This document shows positions 33,289-37,190 of a DNA stretch of 37,190 nt, piece by piece. The notes beneath the pieces were generated by a model, which saw nothing but the letters and a program-made list of their open reading frames with translations, did not search any database and was not told the DNA's origin. The position numbers and the translations under genes are program-made. Source of the stretch: a virus; IMG/VR virus record IMGVR_UViG_3300045594_000115, positions 1 to 37,190 of that record; one strand, 5' to 3'. Within the stretch, counting starts at the first letter, position 1. Each line of letters starts with the position of its first letter.

Positions 33289-33509
33289 TTCTCCGCCTCC
33301 ACATCTTCAAAATGAACCTGATCAAGATAAGCTTTATGCAGTTGGCCGTTGTATTCGACCACCGCAACAGGCTCCATGACTTTACCAGCAGAATGACCAC
33401 CGATTAATGGACTTTCGCCCACAACCTTTGCTACCTGAAACACGCCATAAAACTTTGCTGGAGTTTCCTTGTCTCCGCTGACTACATAGCACTTTCGAGT
33501 CATGTTCAT
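33285..33509 (-). CDS. Hypothetical protein, 74 aa
   Basis: ORF in the coupled early operon (ATGA overlaps at both ends). Confidence 0.6.
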   Translation of the reverse strand: MNMTRKCYVVSGDKETPAKFYGVFQVAKVVGESPLIGGHSAGKVMEPVAVVEYNGQLHKAYLDQVHFEDVEAEK

Positions 33510-33829
33510 TTCTCTGCCTCCACTTTCACAATTTCTCCGGTTTCCTCAACACTCCAGACGCCTAGCACCCATGCACGGGCGAAGACTGAATCGTTGCCAT
33601 GATCGAATCCCTTTCCCCAAAGCCATTCCGAGATACAACCAGCATTCTCAATCCCAGATGTCAGAGACATGTGCCCCCTGTTAGCCTTGATATATTCGCC
33701 TACCGCTTTCGGAATAACCGGCAGATTATCTGGAAACGCGGCGTCATATCTGGCACGCCATTGTTCTGAACCGTGTGACATGTCAGCCATTAATGCGTTG
33801 AACACGTCTTGCTTCTTCTCATTGCTCAT
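33506..33829 (-). CDS. Hypothetical protein, 107 aa (DUF1642-like C-terminus)
   Basis: The start was moved to the ATG at 33829 after GGAGGTG. The sequence ...VIPKAVGEYIK...ARAWVLGVWSVEE resembles DUF1642 phage proteins. Confidence 0.55.
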   Translation of the reverse strand: MSNEKKQDVFNALMADMSHGSEQWRARYDAAFPDNLPVIPKAVGEYIKANRGHMSLTSGIENAGCISEWLWGKGFDHGNDSVFARAWVLGVWSVEETGEIVKVEAEK

Positions 33830-34032
33830 AGCACACACCTCCAGCCGGTAGTTTCGAACATTGCATAGGAATCGTCAGGGTTCTTCTTTTTTAAGTAATT
33901 GAGTTGAAGAACTGCTCGCTCACGGTTGAAGTAGATAGGCGATACACGGTGTGCATTCCCAAAATCAGACACCTTGGCAACGAAGTAACAAGCTCTCCCG
34001 CCACTTTTTAGGTTCACTTCTTGTTTATTCAT
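33826..34032 (-). CDS. Hypothetical protein, 68 aa
   Basis: ORF in the coupled early operon. Confidence 0.55.
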   Translation of the reverse strand: MNKQEVNLKSGGRACYFVAKVSDFGNAHRVSPIYFNRERAVLQLNYLKKKNPDDSYAMFETTGWRCVL

Positions 34033-34240
34033 CGTCAGTCACCTCGTACGGATACATGTCTTCGCCATCGTAATAAACATTCATGGCAATTGTTTCTGCC
34101 TCTGCCTCACTCTTGAAGCGATAAAGAGGATCTCCCATTGTTACCGCGAAGTCTCCAATAACGGCCTTGTGGCGCTTAGACAAGTTGTCAAAGTAATAGT
34201 CAATGATACCGGCTTCTTCGCCTCTAACAACCCATGCCAT
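34025..34240 (-). CDS. Hypothetical protein, 71 aa
   Basis: ORF in the coupled early operon. Confidence 0.55.
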   Translation of the reverse strand: MAWVVRGEEAGIIDYYFDNLSKRHKAVIGDFAVTMGDPLYRFKSEAEAETIAMNVYYDGEDMYPYEVTDDE

Positions 34241-34799
34241 CGTCAGTCACCTCCAAGGGCTTAATTGCCTTTACCCATGATGGTGCATCGTCGATGTCCG
34301 ACTGGGTGACGGTGTATCCGTGTTTGACGGCATCGTCAGTGTCTAAAGCAATTGCGTCAGGCCGCCAGTTTCCAGTTCCTTTGACTGCGTAATATTGAGC
34401 ATTTCCGTGCATCTGATAGTTGTGGTAGTCAGTTCCGGGCATTGGCAGCACGTACCGCTTAGGTTTCTCGACCGTCCAGCCGTTGACGAAAGCTTCAATG
34501 AGCAGCCTTTCCTCGCAGTCATGAGAATTAGTATAGTTAGAAATATAACTTGCCGGATATGTTGCATCACGTGCCCCTTCAACGATTTCAGCTTGTTCCT
34601 TGCTTAGCACTACCTTTTCAGGCTCCTCAATCAAAGTGACAACGTGGGCGCCCTGCTCATCAGCCACTAGTTCAGCCTGGTCCTTACTAGTCGTTGTGGG
34701 ACAATCTGAGCTGTACAATGCCCAGAAACCGGAACTATCCAAAAAGTCCCAGTATATGCCTTCATCGTTCTTTACCGCGTACAGTTTTTCTTCGCTCAT
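34224..34799 (-). CDS. DUF1642-like phage protein, 191 aa
   Basis: The sequence ...VVLSKEQAEIVEGAR...LLIEAFVNGWTVEKPKRYVLP matches the pattern recalled for DUF1642 proteins of lactic-acid-bacterial phages. Confidence 0.55.
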   Translation of the reverse strand: MSEEKLYAVKNDEGIYWDFLDSSGFWALYSSDCPTTTSKDQAELVADEQGAHVVTLIEEPEKVVLSKEQAEIVEGARDATYPASYISNYTNSHDCEERLLIEAFVNGWTVEKPKRYVLPMPGTDYHNYQMHGNAQYYAVKGTGNWRPDAIALDTDDAVKHGYTVTQSDIDDAPSWVKAIKPLEVTDDGMGC

Positions 34800-35038
34800 T
34801 TTTCGTCCTCTTTCCCGTAAATGAAATGCAGAATGTCTAGTGCGTATGCAATGGCTTCCGGTGCCTTTCCTATCACAGTAGCTCGGTAGAAAGCTTTTGC
34901 TCGTTCATAGGATATTGGCTCATTGGTCTTACTGATGGGAACGAGCTTGTAGTCTCGCCCATTAAGCATGACGCCTACAACCTTGCCAGTGTCTCTGCTG
35001 ACGTAGATGTCATCGAACGTGTCGTCTCCTGTTTTCAT
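34796..35038 (-). CDS. Hypothetical protein, 80 aa
   Basis: ORF in the coupled early operon (ATGA overlaps). Confidence 0.55.
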   Translation of the reverse strand: MKTGDDTFDDIYVSRDTGKVVGVMLNGRDYKLVPISKTNEPISYERAKAFYRATVIGKAPEAIAYALDILHFIYGKEDEK

Positions 35039-35736
35039 TGGTCGGTCTCCTTTCCCACTGCTAATTTCTCAATGGCTTCGTTATATCTTGCGGGTATCTC
35101 TGTTGATTCAATGTGATTTTGTTCAGGTTCTAGCCATTGTCGAATATCAAATTCTTGTTCAACGTCTTTGCTGTGCGGCATCACATTCACTGTACTGAAA
35201 TGCAAATAGTCGTCTTCATCGTTTTGAATGAAATATACTTGTCTAGCAGCACGTGTCAGACTGTCACCATGAACAATTGTTGCGTTCATGCCGCGAATGG
35301 CACAATTGAATATCAAAAACGGCAACGTGCTATCGCCAAGCTCTTCTAAATGGTAAAAATACATGCTTGGCCGGTAGTCCCATGGCTTGTGCTTCAAACG
35401 GTCTTGTTGCCATCGTTGAATCATCATTGATCCAGTACCAGCGGCAACCTCGTAATACTCGCTACTGTCATTCGATCCAACGAGCATGTTCACTAGCTTG
35501 CTAATGCTTTCAGGGGTGAAATCTTGTTTCTTGTCTTTGCGATCAGCTTGAACACTCATGAAATATTGTGAGAACCAGTCATGTGATACGTCTGTACTGA
35601 CATCTAGGAATTGCTTAAAAAGCTCGTTACGCTTTTGCTGATCCATGACAATGTTCATCAATGCTGTTGGCGCCTGCTGTGCCTCACGAACACCTAACAG
35701 TTTGTGAACGACATCTGCTGTGAATTTGGTCATCAT
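35035..35736 (-). CDS. HsdM-like SAM-methyltransferase-fold protein without an evident catalytic (N/D)PP(F/Y) motif
   Basis: DFTPESISKLVNMLVG (motif X-like), YEVAAGTGSMMIQ (motif I), YHLEEL (motif II-like) and HGDSL are present. No NPPF/NPPY/DPPY follows, and the protein ends about 70 aa later. Confidence 0.55.
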   Translation of the reverse strand: MMTKFTADVVHKLLGVREAQQAPTALMNIVMDQQKRNELFKQFLDVSTDVSHDWFSQYFMSVQADRKDKKQDFTPESISKLVNMLVGSNDSSEYYEVAAGTGSMMIQRWQQDRLKHKPWDYRPSMYFYHLEELGDSTLPFLIFNCAIRGMNATIVHGDSLTRAARQVYFIQNDEDDYLHFSTVNVMPHSKDVEQEFDIRQWLEPEQNHIESTEIPARYNEAIEKLAVGKETDQ

Positions 35737-35747
35737 TTAAATGCCTC

Positions 35748-36212
35748 TCATTTCGCGCTGACTGACTTCACAGCCTGATCGGAATAGTCCTTGATGCTCT
35801 GTACGTCTTTGATTGCCTGTGATAAGTCATTGTTTGCCTGTTTGGCGGCTTCTAACTGTGATGTAAGTTCATTGATGGTCTGCTGCTTAGCATTGACCTC
35901 AGCCTGTTTCTGAGCGACTGCTTGCTGGCCTTCAACGATCTTTTGCTGAATCTGGGCGTCCTTGCTTGCCATGTCGTTGTCGTATTGCCGTTTGAGTGCC
36001 GCATACTGTGCCTGCGCATCAGACAACTGATGTTGCAAATCGGACAAGCTAGATTGTGAAGCGTTGATCTTAGCCGTCAGCTTGTCGATATTGTTTTTGG
36101 TCTCCACGATGTTCTGGTGACCTTGCCAAACATTGTCGGCAATCGCGGTTGCACCAGCACCAAACATAAGTCCTGCTAAAACAGTTACTGTAAATGTCAA
36201 TTTTTTATTCAT
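35748..36212 (-). CDS. Secreted Q/A-rich coiled-coil protein, 154 aa
   Basis: The start was moved to the ATG at 36212 (AAGGAGAAAAAA RBS). Signal peptide MNKKLTFTVTVLAGLMFGAGATAIA-DN, followed by a heptad-like Q/A/K-rich sequence. Confidence 0.7.
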   Translation of the reverse strand: MNKKLTFTVTVLAGLMFGAGATAIADNVWQGHQNIVETKNNIDKLTAKINASQSSLSDLQHQLSDAQAQYAALKRQYDNDMASKDAQIQQKIVEGQQAVAQKQAEVNAKQQTINELTSQLEAAKQANNDLSQAIKDVQSIKDYSDQAVKSVSAK

Positions 36213-36231
36213 GATTTTTTCTCCTTTTTCT

Positions 36232-36615
36232 TCAAAGTTGTTCTTCCGTGAATAGCCCTGTGTGATAGTCATATCTAGCAATCGTGACCGGTATCTTGTA
36301 CCTGATCATGAACAGCAGCATTTTCTGCTTAGAATCACGAGTCAGTGTGGCATTCCCACCTTTGACGTCCACCGCTTTCGTTAGCTTGCCATTTTCGTAA
36401 AAGCAGAAATCTGGAGTGTATCTTCGTGCTGAATATCGCTTGCCGTTTATCACGAAAGCCGAAATAATCTCGAAATGTTCCTGCATCGTGATCTTCTGTG
36501 GCTTGTTGCGTATCAGCATGTAGTAGGCGCCCTCTGCTTTGCTTGCAAATCGAATGCCATCAATTACGACTGGCTGCGCATTGTACTTGCCTCTGCGTCT
36601 CTTGCGAATAACCAT
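36232..36615 (-). CDS. DUF1064-family protein (putative resolvase/endonuclease-like)
   Basis: The sequence ...KYNAQPVVIDGIRFASKAEGAYYMLI...YTPDFCFYENGKLTKAVDVKG fits the DUF1064 pattern. Confidence 0.7.
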   Translation of the reverse strand: MVIRKRRRGKYNAQPVVIDGIRFASKAEGAYYMLIRNKPQKITMQEHFEIISAFVINGKRYSARRYTPDFCFYENGKLTKAVDVKGGNATLTRDSKQKMLLFMIRYKIPVTIARYDYHTGLFTEEQL

Positions 36616-36617
36616 GG

Positions 36618-37067
36618 CTAACGACTCACGATCTCTTCATGGCCGTTGTTGCGGCGGGGCAACTTGATCTCAAACTCGCTTGCCACTCGCTTCACGAATG
36701 TTGTTGACTTTCCAATCCGTTTGGCCACATCAATCAGTGTGTCGCATTGTGAGGCTGCTTCTGCAATTCCGCACGCGTATTTGGCACGGGCTTCTTTTCG
36801 CTTCTTTGAAATCTTTGTGAGTCCATTGTTGACTGAAGTCTTCAAAGTATCGCTGTCATCAACACCGGCTACCGCACGTTTCTCAACAATCGATTTCTTT
36901 GATACAACGATCAGGTTATTGAACTCTTGCTTCTCCATTTTTGAGAATGCTTCGCTTTCAGAGATGTCTAGAATTGCTGAGTTTTCGTAGCGTTTAAGCA
37001 GTTCCGCCTTGAAATCGCGCCACACTTTGTCGCCTTGCTTGTATAAACGTACCGTTACTTGTTTCAT
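36618..37067 (-). CDS. Hypothetical early protein, 149 aa, with a C-terminal HTH-like segment
   Basis: The ATG overlaps the stop of the junction-spanning XRE gene (ATGA). The sequence is ...CDTLIDVAKRIGKSTTFVKRVASEF.... Confidence 0.6.
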   Translation of the reverse strand: MKQVTVRLYKQGDKVWRDFKAELLKRYENSAILDISESEAFSKMEKQEFNNLIVVSKKSIVEKRAVAGVDDSDTLKTSVNNGLTKISKKRKEARAKYACGIAEAASQCDTLIDVAKRIGKSTTFVKRVASEFEIKLPRRNNGHEEIVSR

Positions 37068-37190
37068 GCTTTCTTCTCTCCTTGCTTATCAGGCCTCAGT
37101 TCGTCAAGGCTAACGCCTAGAGCATCCGCAATTCGGATCATCGTTGAAAATGACGGATCTTTGCTTTGACCGGTTTTGATTGAATAAATA
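37064..37190 (-). CDS. Small XRE-family HTH protein, C-terminal part (N-terminal part at 1..112)
   Basis: It is in frame with 1..112 once the 23-bp overlap is collapsed. It ends ...MIRIADALGVSLDELRPDKQGEKKA*. Confidence 0.75.
   Translation of the reverse strand, partial: IYSIKTGQSKDPSFSTMIRIADALGVSLDELRPDKQGEKKA

Larger units (their letters stand above)
1..37190. mobile_element. Complete temperate siphovirus (prophage-type) genome, circularly closed contig, about 37,167 bp unique
   Basis: Full set of lysogeny, replication, packaging, head, tail and lysis modules in canonical synteny. The window ends overlap by 23 identical bases and one gene reads in frame across the junction. Confidence 0.9.

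Overview
This window is a complete temperate siphovirus genome. The contig is circularly closed: bases 1..23 are identical to 37168..37190, leaving about 37,167 bp unique. The host is probably a Gram-positive lactic-acid bacterium, judging from AGGAGG-type RBSs, a phi-LC3-like holin, ArpU, YopX and DUF1642-type early genes; this host call is inference.

Nearly all genes are on the minus strand.
- **Early operon 1 (6175 down to 449):** Cro-like regulator, then a recombination and replication module (Gp157-like, Sak4-like ATPase, DUF669 SSB-like, DnaD-like, DnaC-like).
- **Early operon 2 (112, across the window junction, down to 31485):** starts with a small XRE gene that spans the junction. It carries DUF1064, an HsdM-like methyltransferase-fold protein, DUF1642 proteins, YopX and ArpU.
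- **Non-coding stretch (31076..31484):** about 410 nt with two tRNA-like modules and a terminator.
- **Late genes (31075 down to 9398):** an HTH-metallophosphoesterase, TerS, TerL, portal, head morphogenesis protein, scaffold, major capsid, a glycosyltransferase-like ORF, connectors, major tail protein, G/GT chaperones with a -1 slippery site, tape measure, Dit, Tal, a BppU-type receptor-binding protein, and a holin/amidase lysis cassette.
- **Plus strand:** only the lysogeny module (CI-like repressor, ImmA-type protease, lipoprotein, tyrosine integrase, 6311..9112) and a small zinc-ribbon gene (228..452).

Three observations stand out.
- The major capsid and major tail proteins share an identical Thr-rich C-terminal tag (STTTTTSHA). 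A DxD glycosyltransferase-like gene sits between them in the same operon, so this is a candidate virion O-glycosylation system.
- The non-canonical tRNA-like RNA locus lies next to an HTH-fused calcineurin-type phosphoesterase, between ArpU and the terminase genes.
- Three plus-oriented intrinsic terminators are embedded in minus-strand operons.

No CRISPR array, rRNA, transposase or canonical tRNA could be supported by eye.
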